In this document: positions 36,301 to 48,944 of the stretch, piece after piece
Layout: every line of letters starts with the position of its first letter
How positions within the stretch are numbered: the stretch's first letter is position 1
From: Mytilus edulis
Lineage: Eukaryota
Assembly (NCBI RefSeq): GCF_963676685.1
Contig: NC_092346.1
Location: forward strand, 25,916,001-25,980,000
Direction: 5' to 3'
Length of the DNA: 64,000 nt
Notes under the pieces: generated by a model
The model's input: only the letters and a program-made list of their open reading frames with translations
Database searches by the model: none
What the model was told of the DNA's origin: nothing
Translations under genes and position numbers: made by a program

Positions 36301-39300
36301 GTATATGTCTCAGGGGGACCAGCTGAAAGTAAGAAACCAGCTTATTTTCAATTTTTCAAATGAAAGCCTCATTCCTTGCTTCAGTGAGAAACAATACACA
36401 GTTATAAAATTACAGTGAAATAATTTAACTGACTATTTCTACAGTTATATATGTAGTAAGGAAACAAATTAACATCAATACAAACTGTCAATCATTGAAT
36501 ATTGAAACCTGTTTTTGAAAAATTCTCGTATCTTGGATATTCATTTTCATATTTATCTATGTAAATTAAAAACTCAATTAGCAAAAAAGTGCAAATTTTC
36601 AAAGAGTTCTTTTTGAACCCTTTACTGAATAATTACATGTTATAAAATGAATTTTTTACCCAAACAAGTGATTTGATATCTACACAGATTCAACAAAAGT
36701 ACCTACGCACAAAATCTTGATCTGCAATGAAATTCTCGTATCTTGGATCTTCATTTTCATATTTATCTATGTAAATTAAAAACTCAATTAGCAAAAAAGT
36801 GCAAATTTTCAAAGAGTTCTTTTTGAACGCTTTACTGAATAATTACATGTTATAAAATGAATTTTTAACCCAAACAAGTGATCTGAAATCTACAAAGATT
36901 CAACAAAAGTACCTACACACAAAATCTTGATCTGCAATGAGAATTATTATCATTTTAGATTCCATACAAGTAATGAAGATTGTAAAGATGAGAAAACCTA
37001 GTTTTACATCATTGGGTTTAAATGTGTCAATCAACCTCCTGAGTAGTCTGAGTGATACAAGAGTACCACATCTACAATGTCATGTCAATAACAGATTGTG
37101 TCCAGGACATGGGTTGTACAAACTAACCATATCTCAAGGACAGGTCAGTGCTGGAAAGGTCAAATTTTAGGAAATGTACAAACTCATAATATCTCAAGGA
37201 CAGGTTAGTTCCTGAAAGGTCAAATGTCAGGAAATGTACACAAATTATCTATATCACAAGGTAATTGTAAGACTAAAAACTGCATTACAAATATCATTTA
37301 TTATACTCCAGGGTTCAAAGGTTGCAACAAAGGTTTTAAAATAACCATGTTAGAGCTTAACAGCCATTAACGGTTATAAAACTGTATCTAAAGACAAGTT
37401 TTACTGGTTTCAGGCTGAAACATTAAAATTTTACAGTCTTAAGGTTTTCAAGCTAAAATAGAATATTAAACACATCTGAAGGATCCAAATTATACTTAAT
37501 GTTCTGTGTACTATTTTTTTCAGATAAAAATGTTATGTAGTGATTACAGCAGTTTACATTGTGCCATATCTACCGTGTATCAGCTGATGTCATTGTACAA
37601 AGAAAATGAGGAAATAATTATACCTGGACTATTGGTAAGTATTTCATAACTCAGTAACTATTGGTGGGATTGTTAAATATAATGATAAGATGGTTATACA
37701 AGATATCATTAGTTTGTTGTTGTTTTTTTAAAATTCTATATCCTTTTGAGAGCATAGTACAATGATAAGGATAATTATATCTAGTTCTCCCATGTTAAAA
37801 TGTAAGATTTCATGTTTCCTATCAAAAGTGAGCATGTTGGAGATTTTCAGTAAAAACATTATAGGTGTCAAAAAAGGGCATACTTTGTTCTGATAAGTAA
37901 TAAAATATCCTTATTTAAAGCTTACATTTGAATTGTAACTAAAACGATGAACAACAATGAAATCTAGCATGACTTGAAATGAAATTAATTGAGAAAATTT
38001 AGTTATTTTCTCTCTGTATTAATGACCTTGGCTGTTTTCTGCTCTTTGTTCTGGTTGTTGTCTCTTTGACACATTCCCAATTTTCAATTTTATTAAAGAT
38101 CATGAAGATTTATAGAAAATAAAACAAGACAGAACCAGTGACTGTGAGGTGTCTATAGTTTCAAGACATATTTGTATTTTTTCTTTCTTCTTTAGATTGA
38201 TGATTGGCCTGACCTACACTACAGAGGAGTTCTGTTTGATGCTTCACAAGGACGATTACCTAACTTTGTAAGGTTTTTTTTATACTGTGGATTCATTATT
38301 ATTCGTTGGATACCAATTTTCGTGGATTTCGTGGGCACAGTCAAACCACGAAATTAAATATTCAACGAATGATAATTTTTCTATAGGTTTGTATGCAGAC
38401 TTTAGCAAAACCACGAAATTAAATATCCACGAATATGCAAGTTTTTCTTAATCCACGAAAATTGGTACCCACGAAAATAAATGAATCCACAGTACTTAAT
38501 AATTTATTCTCATCATTCTAAAAGGAACTTAAGGCTACATGATTTATTTAACAGTTTTAAAAATCATCTTTATTTGCTGAAAGATTTATAAAATGGTCAG
38601 ACACAAGATTTACCTATGAGGTCTCTTTAAATCATTTAATTAAAGCAATATGAATAATAAAGCATGCTAATATAATGTTTATGAATTACAATTTTTAACC
38701 TATAACTTCATAGGAATCTTTTCTCAGAGTAATCACTGCTTGAAATTCTTATTAACCTATTAAAAGATAAAAAAATTTATACCTTGATATGCTTTTACAG
38801 GAAACTCTGAAGAGAATGATAGACACCTTAGTAGGACTTAAAATCAATATGGTAAGGTCAATTACAAATGCACTTATCTGTATTACTGAAGACCCAAATA
38901 CTAAATATAAACCTACTTATCTCCACATATACTTTATTTTGCATTCAGCAATTTTAGCCACCTTTGCAATAGCACGTCAAAAGATACCAGAGGGACATTC
39001 AAACTCATATGTCTATTCTAAACTAAACAGACACACCATGTCTAAAAAAAAGGAAAAGACCAATAGACAAACAATAGTAAATAAAACTCAACATAGTAAA
39101 CTATAGACTGATCAGCACAAACCCCACCAAAAACTGGGGGTGATCTCAGATGCTACGTAAGGGTAAGCAGATCCTGCTCCACATGTGGCATCCTTTGTGT
39201 TGCTCATGTTATTATTAACTGGGTAATGCATGTAATTAGGGTACAGTTATGACATTAGGAACATATTCATCTTCATCTGTGTAATCAATAATTTATATTC

Positions 39301-42300
39301 CTGATTATCTTAATTCTTGACGAATTTTTATAAAGGAAGATCAAATGTTTAATCTACTCATGAAATTAAATTGTTCATGAAAATATGTTAGTTTGGAGCA
39401 TTAAAAAACAACAAGGATATATAAGGAATGTATTTATATTGAAAAATTTATACTTCTTTTGTAGGTTCAGTTGTTTTGTAGGTTTTTGAAGACACAAGGT
39501 TGGCAATTAGGATATTCCAAAAGGTACATTTATATTCTATAGTTTAGAAAAAAAACATTTTTCCATTAGTCTTGTTAGGGATTATTTCAAAACCATTCAA
39601 CATAAGAAGAGAGAAAAAAGAATTTATGTATAAGAAAACAAATTCAGTACAATTAATTTATGATATACTTAAGTGTACCATATGATATTTATCTGTGGGA
39701 TTGAAACTACCAATACAAATAAGTCCTTTTGAAGTGTAATTTTGGGTTGCTGTCTCAGTTTTATTCACTCATACCTATCTTTTTCTATTTACAGTGAAAT
39801 AATGGATTTGGTAGACCATTGTTCTGATCTGGGTATACAGTTAGTTCCTGTTTTAGAGGTGGCGCCACAGGTCCAGTTTGATGAACTTGATGATATATAC
39901 TCAACTATTGAAGATTTTATGACTTGTTTTACAGATAGCCAGTAAGTTTGCCTTGCAGGATAGAGTTTAAGCTACTTATATCTATCAAGCAACTATCTTT
40001 TCTGTGAAAACTTAGTTAAACGCAATCTAAACACACGAGATACAATGAATATGCCTTCCTCCTTCATTCATCTCTTACCTGCTGATATTTTATTTTATTT
40101 AATCACCACTGAGATTTGATCAAATTCTTTTTGAACATTTGATGAATTTATTGGATTTTAAATTTTAAATGAAGAAGAGAAAAAGAGAGAATTTAGAAAC
40201 TTTTGTATTTTATTATTTCTAGAGATTGCAAAAAATAATACATACATTTGACATACTATAATTATACAATGATATGATAAATTAATTATGTTGTGTATAT
40301 TATGTTTTAGGTTTGTGAGTTTAGGTCCACGATTGAGTAGTTTTGTGATTGATACAGAAAATAATGTGTTAGATGTGACTGACGCTGTGAAACTTTTACC
40401 TCTACGCCATAACCAAATTCTCAATATATGTGGTTATCCATTACATGGGATGGACTCTGAACTGTTAATCCACCTGCCACCAGATGTTGTCATTAGTGAA
40501 TATGGTATACAGGTATGGCAAATTGTAATCTATGATGTTGAATTGACTTTTTTTCTAGAGTGAAAAAGAAACAAATGGATATCATGACATAAGTATAAAC
40601 AGAAAGGAGTCGGTCCGGTAAGGACCGATTTCGGCCTCAAATTTCTGGTTCATCTGACGAAAGATTTTGACCACTTTTTATACGACCGCAAAATTTGAAA
40701 AATTTTTCGTCGTATATTGCTATCACGTTGGCGTCGGCGTCGTCGTCGTCGTCCGGCGTCCGAATACTTTTAGTTTTCGCACTCTAACTTTAGTAAAAGT
40801 GAATGGAAATCTATGAAATTTTAACACAAGGTTTATGACCACAAAAGGAAGGTTGGTATTGATTTTGGGAGTTTTGGTCCCAACATTTTAGGAATTAGGG
40901 GCCAAAAAGGGCCCAAATAAGCATTTTCTTGGTTTTCGCACTATAACTTTAGTTTAAGTTAATAGAAATCTATGAAATTTTGACACAAGGTTTATGACCA
41001 CAAAAGAACGGTTGGGATTGATTTTGGGAGTTTAGGTTTCAACAGTTTAGGAATTAGGGGCCAAAAAAGGGCCCAAATAAGCATTATTCTTGGTTTTCGC
41101 ACTATAACTTTAGTTTAAGTTAATAGAAATCTATGAAATTTTGACACAAGGTTTATGACCACAAAAGAACGGTTGGGATTGATTTTGGGAGTTTAGGTTT
41201 CAACAGTTTAGGAATTAGGGGCCAAAAAAGGGCCCAAATAAGCATTATTCTTGGTTTTCGCACAATAACTTTAGTTTAAGTAAATAGAAATCAATGAAAT
41301 TTAAACACAATGTTAATGACTACAAAAGGAAGGTTGGTATTGATTTTGGGAGTTTAGGTCCCAACAGTTTAGGAATTAGGGGCCAAAAAGGGACCCAAAT
41401 AAGCATTTTTCTTGGTTTTCGCACCATAACGTTAGTATAAGTAAATAGAAATCTATGAAATTTAAACACAAGGTTTATGACCATAAAAGGAAGGTTGGTA
41501 TTGATTTTGGGAGTTTTGGTCCCAACAGAATAAGGGGCCCAAAGGGTCCAAAATTAAACTTTGTTTGATTTCATTAAAATTGAATAATTGGGGTTCTTTG
41601 ATATGCCGAATCTAACTGTCATGACTGTGTATGTAGATTCTTAACTTTTGGTCCCGTTTTCAAATTGGTCTACATTAAGGTCCAAAGGGTCCAAAATTAA
41701 ACTTAGTTTGATTTTGACAAAAAATGAATCAGTTAGGTTCTTTGATATGCTGAATCTAAAAATGTACTTAGATTCTTGATTATTGGCCCAGTTTTCAAGT
41801 TGGTCCAAAATTAAACTTTGTTTGATTTCATCAAAAATTGAATAAATGGGGTTCTTTGATATACCAAATCTAACTGTGTATGTAGATTCTTCATTTTTGG
41901 TCCTGTTTTCAAATTGGTCTACACTAAAGTCCAAAGGGTCCAAAATTAAACTTAGTCTGATTTCAACAAAAATTGAAATCTTGGGGTTCTTTGATATGCT
42001 GAATCCAAAAATGTACTTAGATTTTTTATTATGGGCCCAGTTTTCAAGTTGGTCCAAATCAGGATCTAAAATTATTATATTAAGTATTGTGCAATAGCAA
42101 GTCTTTTCAATTGCACAGTATTGCGCAATGGCAAGAAATATCTAATTGCACAATATTGTGAAATAGCAAATTTTTTTTTAATTAGAGTTATCTTTCTTTG
42201 TCCAGAATAGTAAGCAAGAAATATCTAATTGCAAAATATTGTGCAATAGCAAGATTTTTTTTTAATTGGAGTTATCTTTCTTTGTCCAGAATCAACTTAA

Positions 42301-45300
42301 ATCTTTGTTATATACAATATACAATGTATATTCACTTTTTACTACCAACTGATAAATTATAATAAATAACATTCAGTGATAACAAGCAGTTTTTTTTACA
42401 TCTTAATATTTTATGATGTATTTAAATGAGTAGTTATTGTTGCAAACTCCATTAGAAATTTTAATTGAGATTAGTTTTGGAATAAGGGAAAGGGGGATGT
42501 GATTAAAAAAATTGGGTTCAATTTTTCTCATTTGAAATTTCATAAATAAAAAAGAAAATTTCTTCAAACATTTTTATGCCCCACCTACGATAGTAGAGGG
42601 GCATTATGTTTTCTGGTCTGTGTGTCCGTCCGTCCGTCCGTCTGTCCGTCCGTTCGTCCGTCCGTCTGTCCCGCTTCAGGTTAAAGTTTTTGGTCAAGGT
42701 AGTTTTTGATGAAGTTTAAGTCCAATCGACTTCAAACTTAGTACACATGTCCCCTATGATATGATCTTTCTAATTTTAATGCCAAATTAGAGTTTTTACC
42801 CCAATTTCACGGTCCACTGAACATGGAAAATGACAGTGCGAGTGGGGCATTCGTGTACTGAGGACACATTCTTGTTTTGAGAGGATTGATATTCAACAGC
42901 ATAGTGAATTGCTCTAAGAGAAAACAAAAATTTTAAGTTCATTAGAACACATTCATTCTGTGTCAGAAACCTATGCTGTGTCAACTATTTAATCACAATC
43001 CAAATTTAGAGCTGAATCCAGCTTGAATGTTGTGTCCATACTTGCCCCAACCGTTCAGGGTTCAACCTCTGCGGTCGTATAAAGCTACGCCCTGCGGAGC
43101 ATCTGGTTAAACACTTTAGTGATTATTTCATTTCAATCAATTAGTTTATTTGAAAGATTTTGACTGAATTAGTCATTAAAAACAATCCGATTCAAGCTCA
43201 AATATGAAAAATCTACCAAGTATGCCGAAAAATGTCACTTTTCAGATGTTTTTTTGTCAAAAATGAAGTGGCCCTATCCGTGTTTATCCTCAACCTTTAT
43301 ATAAGTTATGTATTATCATCAAATACAACTTACATTTCAAGATTAAGGATGAACATGAATGTGGTGCGGTCACTTTCGTTTTACACGAAAACCGTCTAAA
43401 ATTTAACTAAAATGCTAGAAAAGTGAAGATTTCAGTAATTTAGAATGACTTAATGGTGCTAGTACCCGATATATGTGCATTGTATTGCCAAAAACAGGCC
43501 ATATGTATGTAGCAGAAGCATTCTTCTGTCCAATTAATAACTAAAAGTTTCCATTTTAACAATTTTGTAAAACTGCTAAATTTTGGGGCTAAAAAGGGGT
43601 CTTACTGGACCTTTCGGTATGCACAAGGTTTTCAGAATGTCCTGTCTTGATGCTGAATGTTTGAATATTTAGGCAAAATAGATTATTTAAGTGTTTCTTA
43701 AAGACGAGTAGCAAGTAACTAAAATTGTAAAAAATAAAAAGAAATAAAACTTTGGAATTTATAGAATAAGTTTACCTAGAATGACAAAAGAAATATAACA
43801 GGTTTGTTAACTAGCACAGTCTATTAATTATCCCAGAAACTGTAAAAACCATTAACTGGATATCTGGTATTTTTATTTTGTAGGCTGATTATGATTTCCA
43901 GAGATTTTGCTCACCATTGTCCAGTCATGGGTAAGATTATACTTTCAAATGAAACCATGAATCTTGGAAGTACAGGCATCTTAATTTATTCTTTTTAGTT
44001 TTGTTTTTGTTATCTGTGTTTTTATTGTTTTGAATTTAAGCTGTTTATTAACATGCTTGCATTGAGTGTACTTTGCTTACTGATGTAAGTCTTTTGACTT
44101 ATTTGGTGTTCATTTTATGTTTTATCTTTTGTTGTAAAAGTTGAAAATATAGTTAAAAGAGATCACCAAAGATTTGCTTTTTCAAATACAAAAAATAAAT
44201 ATTGTCAAACCAAACTCAGATAAAATATCAATCTTTTCAAATTTACCTGAAATAACAGAAATCAGGCTAAGTTCAAAAAAATATAAGAAGATGTGATATG
44301 AGTGCCAATGAGACAACTCTCTATTCAAGTCACAATTAGTAAAAGTAAACCATTATAGGTAAAAATACAGCCTTCAAAATGAAGCCTTGGCTCACACTGA
44401 ACAGCAAGCTATAAAGGGCCAAAAAAATGACAAGTGTTAAACCATTCAAACAGGTAACCAACGGTCAAATCTATATAAAAGTCAAGAAATAAAAAACACT
44501 TATGAATCACATCATCAAACGACAAACACTGAACATCTGATTACTGACAAAGTGTGAATTTATAAACTTAGGTTACCACATATTTTCAACAAAAGTTATT
44601 TATTTTTTCTTAAGACTTTTATTTTATACTTTCAGGATTAGTTATATAATGTGTCCAGGAACTTCAGCATGGAACAGGTAAGGCACATATAATAGAATGT
44701 TATGAAAAAGAATTCCCTTACTTTATGCAGAATTTTTGGCAACTGGTCTTGTTAAGTTTAATTTGTGCTAATCTGTTTAATCTGTTTAAAAAGTTAATAA
44801 CTGTTAAAGTTTAAAAAGGTAAATGAAACTTTGGTAACATTTCCAGCCTATGTTGTCGTAAAGTCTTCCAAAGTTGTGATTTATGCAAACTTTTATAATA
44901 CTGTAGAAACATTAACTATAGTGGGGTTAAAATTTCGTGGTTTTGTCTCTATATAAGATTTTATTGTAATTTAATAATGTGGTTTCCATTAAATTGAAGT
45001 GATTAAATATGTAGGTTAAAGTTTCATTATGGTTTTAATTTTGTGGATATATTCTTTTCATGAAATATTCAAACTACAATCATCTATGAAAATTTCTGCT
45101 TTTACAGTATTATTGAATTTGTTCTTAAAAAAATTAATTCAATGGAACATATTTTCTTTACTTGTATCATATTTTACCAGTACACGTACCACAAATAATG
45201 ACGAGCATTATTACACACCAACTTTTATGCATAGATATGAAATAAAGTCCTACAAAATTAGCAATATTTTAGTAACAGGGTTAACATCATACATAATAAA

Positions 45301-48300
45301 GAAAACACATTATTTTATATTTCAGTTTAGCAGGTTGTCCTGAAGCAGCTATAAATAACATTTTTAGCGCTGTAAAATGTGGGGATGCCCATGGTGCCCT
45401 AGGGGCAATAGTCTGCAACTGGTCTGGTAAAGGACATTTAACACATTTACCATTTGCCTGGCCTGGCATACTTGTACTTGCCGGATTAGCATGGAATTCT
45501 GATTGTCACCAGGTAAATATATTAAACCTAAAAACCCTAGCTAGCCTTGTTCTTTATTATTTGAAGCCTGTTTATCTCAAATGACCATGTGAGCATTTGA
45601 TGGAAAATCTTTATAAATTGAAGGACCAAATTTGGAAATTTCCTCAATGTTTATATAGATCTATATAAATATTTAATTTTGAGTATTTTTTAAAGGCCAT
45701 CATTAGATTCCTTTTTGAAAGTATTCCTGAAATAATTTTAAAATATTTTCAATCTTTTTTTTGAAAAAAAATGTTATGAAAATTCTGAATGAAAGTAGAG
45801 GGTCTTCAAAATGAATACCAGTAATCAAATTTCTTCTAAGAATTGAATTCTCTTGCAGTAATTACTGACTTAGTGGTATAAATTTGCAAATTATGTTTCA
45901 CTATTATTGATATTAAACTTTTTATGTGTAAATTTTAAACATTGAATTGAAATATTTTCAGGATTATTTATATAGCAATCTTGGGGAGCTTTTAAATCGT
46001 CACATTTTTAAGGACACCACAAATACTATTGGTCATGTGATTGTAGAACTTGGTCGAGCAGAAACATATCTTATACGTTGTTGTAGAGGACAAGCAGGTA
46101 ATTATCAAAATTATTATGCATCTTGAGATTGATTTTTTTTTTTCAAAAGAAATATAAAAGTTTAGTTAAAATGAGAAACATTGCATTCTCTTCAATGGTT
46201 TCAGTGTTGTGTGAGCATTATTTATTTCCAGAGCTAATTTTAAAGATTTGGGTGATTTTGCTGCATTTTGTTCATCTTTGAATAAAATGGATATTAAATG
46301 AAATAAACTATGGTGTAGAAATTATACAATAAAGGTAAGAGTTGCAAATAAATGTGATCACATTTAAATTTTCAGAGTTAATTTATTTTTTACATGATAA
46401 AATGTTAATCTTTTCTAGGAGGAGATAGTCAGAAATTACCAGATGAACATGGATCAACATTATTTCAATTCTTCTTTAATCCTGATGCAGTGCCTATAGA
46501 ACATTTGACACCTGAGGCCTTACAGGTAATTATCTCCCTTGATGATTTTATTTTGCTGCAGTTGTCTCCCCTTTTGGTTTGAATTTTAATCCTGATGCAA
46601 TACCTATAGAACATTCAACACCAGAGGCCTTACAGGTAATTATCTCCCTTGGTCATAAATATTCATCTTTTTTTTATTCTGTAGTTGTCTCCCCTTTTGT
46701 TTTGAATTTCAACTCTGTTGTGGTGCCAATATTGCTCTCATGTAATTAATTCCTTATCTTATTTATTAGAAGATTTTTTTTAGGTATTATATTCATTTCT
46801 TTTTTTAATTTACATGAAAGAAAGTGGTACTCCTTTTGTGTTTAAGTATTTATTTTTTGTTAGACTTTTTCAACCATTTTAAACAGCTGAACTTGTAATG
46901 CATCTGAGTTATTTCCCTTGAACATAAGTTCTCAGAAGTAAAGACAGCTTGTCAGTTTCATATTAATTTTGAGTCCGTTAACATCCATTCAAATGAATCT
47001 TCAGCTAGACTCTCAATTTGATAGAAATACTGAATTTATATAGAAGACAATTAGAAAGAAAGAAAGTTTAAAGACTTCATTTGAATTTTAATTTTCTTAC
47101 CACACCTTTTCAGTTTCTTCCATTCATTAGTAGTAGAACCAAATAATTTGAATTAAAAAACATATCCATTTGAGCTCATATTGTTTGTTGCTGTACAAGT
47201 AAAATGCAGTTTTTTTGAACATGTGATTAATAGTATGATTCATATACATGTATATATTTTTCATGTGCATGGTAAATTTTGTTGGTTATTTGGTGAATCT
47301 TTTTTTTCCAGAGAAGTGTCCGTCATTTGAAGAAATGTCAACAAGAAGTGCTCAAAATAAATTTAACCTGTAAAGACGGTGAACATATAAAAAAGGAATT
47401 GAGTCTAACCTGTGATCTTATGATATTTTCTGCAAGGTAAGAAAGGATTTTAAGTATATCCACTTCAATTTTTAATATTTCCTGGTAAAAATACTTAAAA
47501 TAGTCGGTAGTATCTAGGTAAATGTAGGTTAGTTTGTTCTGATTTTTATGCCCCACCTACGATAGTAGAGGGGCATTATGTTTTCTGGTCTGTGTGTCCG
47601 TTCGTCTGTCCGTCTGTTCGTCCGTTTGTCCTGCTTCAGGTTAAAGTTTTTGGTCAAGGTAGTTTTTGATGAAGTTGAAGTCCAATTGACTTCAAACTTG
47701 GTACACATGTTCCCTTAATATGATCTTTCTAATTTTAATGCCAAATTAGAGATTTTACTCGAATTTCACGGTCCACTGAACATAGAAAATGATAGTGGGA
47801 GTGGGGCATTCGTGTCCTGAGGACACATTCTTGTTATGCTTGGATTCAGTTTGCATCATATAATACATAAAAAAGATAACAGGAATAACCATGATACAGG
47901 ACAGTACAACTGACCACATCAACTACTAAAACCTAACAACCAACTTCTCCAGAAAAATGGAGGTTCAAAAAATTGCAACGAAACAAATAATATAAAATTG
48001 ATATTACATTTATGACAAAGCATTAAAGATTACATTGAGATTTTATGATCTGATTACAAATCAACAATACAGTTATATTTAGCAATGGAATGTTTGCTCT
48101 TGTCACTTGATATTTATTTATCGCTTTACCATTTAATGACTCAATGTATCCAAGTGTGTATTGAAAATAAATATTAATAAACTTGAAAATGGAAATGGGG
48201 AATGTGTCAAAGAGACAACAATTGTCCATAGAGCAGACAACAGTCGAAGGCCACCGATGGGTCTTAAATGCAGTGAGAAACTCCCGCACACACAGGAGTA

Positions 48301-48944
48301 CTATTTCACTTTATATTTCTTTTTCATTGTAGAATTTGTAAATCCTTGTTACTGGCTGGTAAGAACCCAATGGCTGGACATGCTGGTTATGCTGTAGTTA
48401 ACCTAGGGGTCAGTAATCTTCCAGCTACAGTCAAAACAGATCTGGCGAATAGGTTAGTAGTCTACAGTGAAACCTGGCTGTTTCTGGAAATGCAGGTTAA
48501 GAACCGAGCAGATAATATTCAGCTGTTTACTATTTGTCTAGAAAGCAGTCAATTGTACAGAGATTGTAGAAAATAAAACTTTTTGAAAATTAAATGCTGT
48601 TCTAATCATAATAATTAAATTTATCGCATCACATCATATTATTTTAATTGATTATTTACTTTGTGATCAAATTTGAATGTGTGCAAATATAATTAAATTT
48701 AAAAAAAACATGTGCATTGTATGGTCAAATATTTGAGTGTAATTTATCCAGTAATTTTGATTGCAGGTTATTGGAGTTAATGGAACCATACAAAGAAGTA
48801 TGGCACAAGAGATATGTAGTTAACGTAGGTTTGTCGGAGTCAGTAGGAAAGTTACAGAATGTGTTTAAACTATTGGTACCAGGGAGTGATTCAGAAGGTC
48901 TTATGACACAGCAAAACCATGACGACCAAGTTCAACATGTGTGA
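27302..48944 (+). CDS. Ankyrin-repeat + GH20 (hexosaminidase D/GcnA-like) domain protein, ~920 aa, probably catalytically inactive
   Basis: 23 phase-compatible GT-AG exons, 2763 nt in total: 27302-27398, 32225-32307, 33159-33313, 33917-34047, 34577-34712, 35121-35224, 35616-35737, 36163-36328, 36959-37143, 37524-37634, 38196-38267, 38801-38851, 39465-39523, 39795-39941, 40311-40512, 43884-43930, 44636-44677, 45326-45512, 45962-46097, 46419-46525, 47312-47436, 48333-48452, 48767-48944. Ankyrin motifs GTLLHVAS, GKTAVDLA, STPLHWAA, GYTPLHDA. GH20-like motifs LWPQPQ, IDDWPDLHYRGVLFD, LKINMVQLF, GIQLVP, CPGTSAWNS, NWSGKGH, AGLAWN. Confidence 0.88.
27555..28956. mobile_element. Non-autonomous hAT-like DNA transposon with 5-bp TSD, in intron 1 of the ankyrin-GH20 gene
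   Basis: Perfect 16-bp TIR CAGTGTTCCAGCTAGG (27555-27570 / 28941-28956); ATGAG at 27550-27554 and 28957-28961; repeated subterminal GCCC motifs. Confidence 0.85.
27970..28127. mobile_element. ~160-bp MITE nested in the hAT-like element
   Basis: Inverted ends CACCTTATCACTA / TAGCGATAAGGTG (1 mismatch), flanked by TA on both sides. Confidence 0.75.
30015..31719. mobile_element. Non-autonomous TIR element with 8-bp TSD and subterminal tandem repeats
   Basis: ~50-bp inverted ends (ttacagaaaagagcgacgatttacagaaaagaacc); TTCCCAAC at 30007-30014 and 31720-31727; (TTTT(C/T)GGT(C/T)C)n array at 31618-31680. Confidence 0.8.
33372..33646. mobile_element. MITE with TTAA TSD and GG termini (Kolobok-like)
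   Basis: TTAA|GGTGGTAC ... GTACCACC|TTAA. Confidence 0.75.
36521..36940. repeat. 210-bp intronic tandem duplication
   Basis: Units start at 36521 and 36731 (aattctcgtatcttggat...) with few substitutions; ends just upstream of the exon 9 acceptor. Confidence 0.9.
38283..38494. mobile_element. TA-flanked MITE (Tc1/mariner-like)
   Basis: TACTGTGGATTCATT / AATGAATCCACAGTA inverted ends and internal CCACGAA repeats; diverged relatives at 49718-49926 and about 44899-45110. Confidence 0.85.
40675..43108 (+). mobile_element. Helentron-associated non-autonomous element (HINE) carrying internal satellite-like arrays
   Basis: T-tract insertion site; subterminal IR TTATACGACCGCA / TGCGGTCGTATAA; (GTC)n microsatellite; about five ~160-bp tandem units at 40770-41540 plus a second array at 41540-42070; 3' stem-loop gctacgc-cct-gcggagc. 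Confidence 0.85.
42571..42875 (+). mobile_element. Short HINE nested in the larger HINE
   Basis: TTTTTATGCCCCAC start, internal inverted GGGGCAT, (GTCC)n microsatellite, 3' GTGGGGCAT plus hairpin gtgtactgaggacac; near-identical to 47543-47835. Confidence 0.85.
47543..47835 (+). mobile_element. Short HINE, second copy
   Basis: Same structure as 42571-42875; a decayed third copy lies at about 34095-34330. Confidence 0.85.

Larger units (their letters stand above)
40605..43614. mobile_element. Outer ~0.6-kb TIR element interrupted by a HINE
   Basis: GGTCCGGTAAGGACC at 40612 is inverted relative to GGTCTTACTGGACC at about 43598; sequence is split at the T-tract 40675 / 43107. Confidence 0.65.

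Noticed and set aside
41641-42097. 138-aa and 83-aa repetitive ORFs
   Set aside because: They lie in the tandem array of a HINE and have no protein motifs or splice context.
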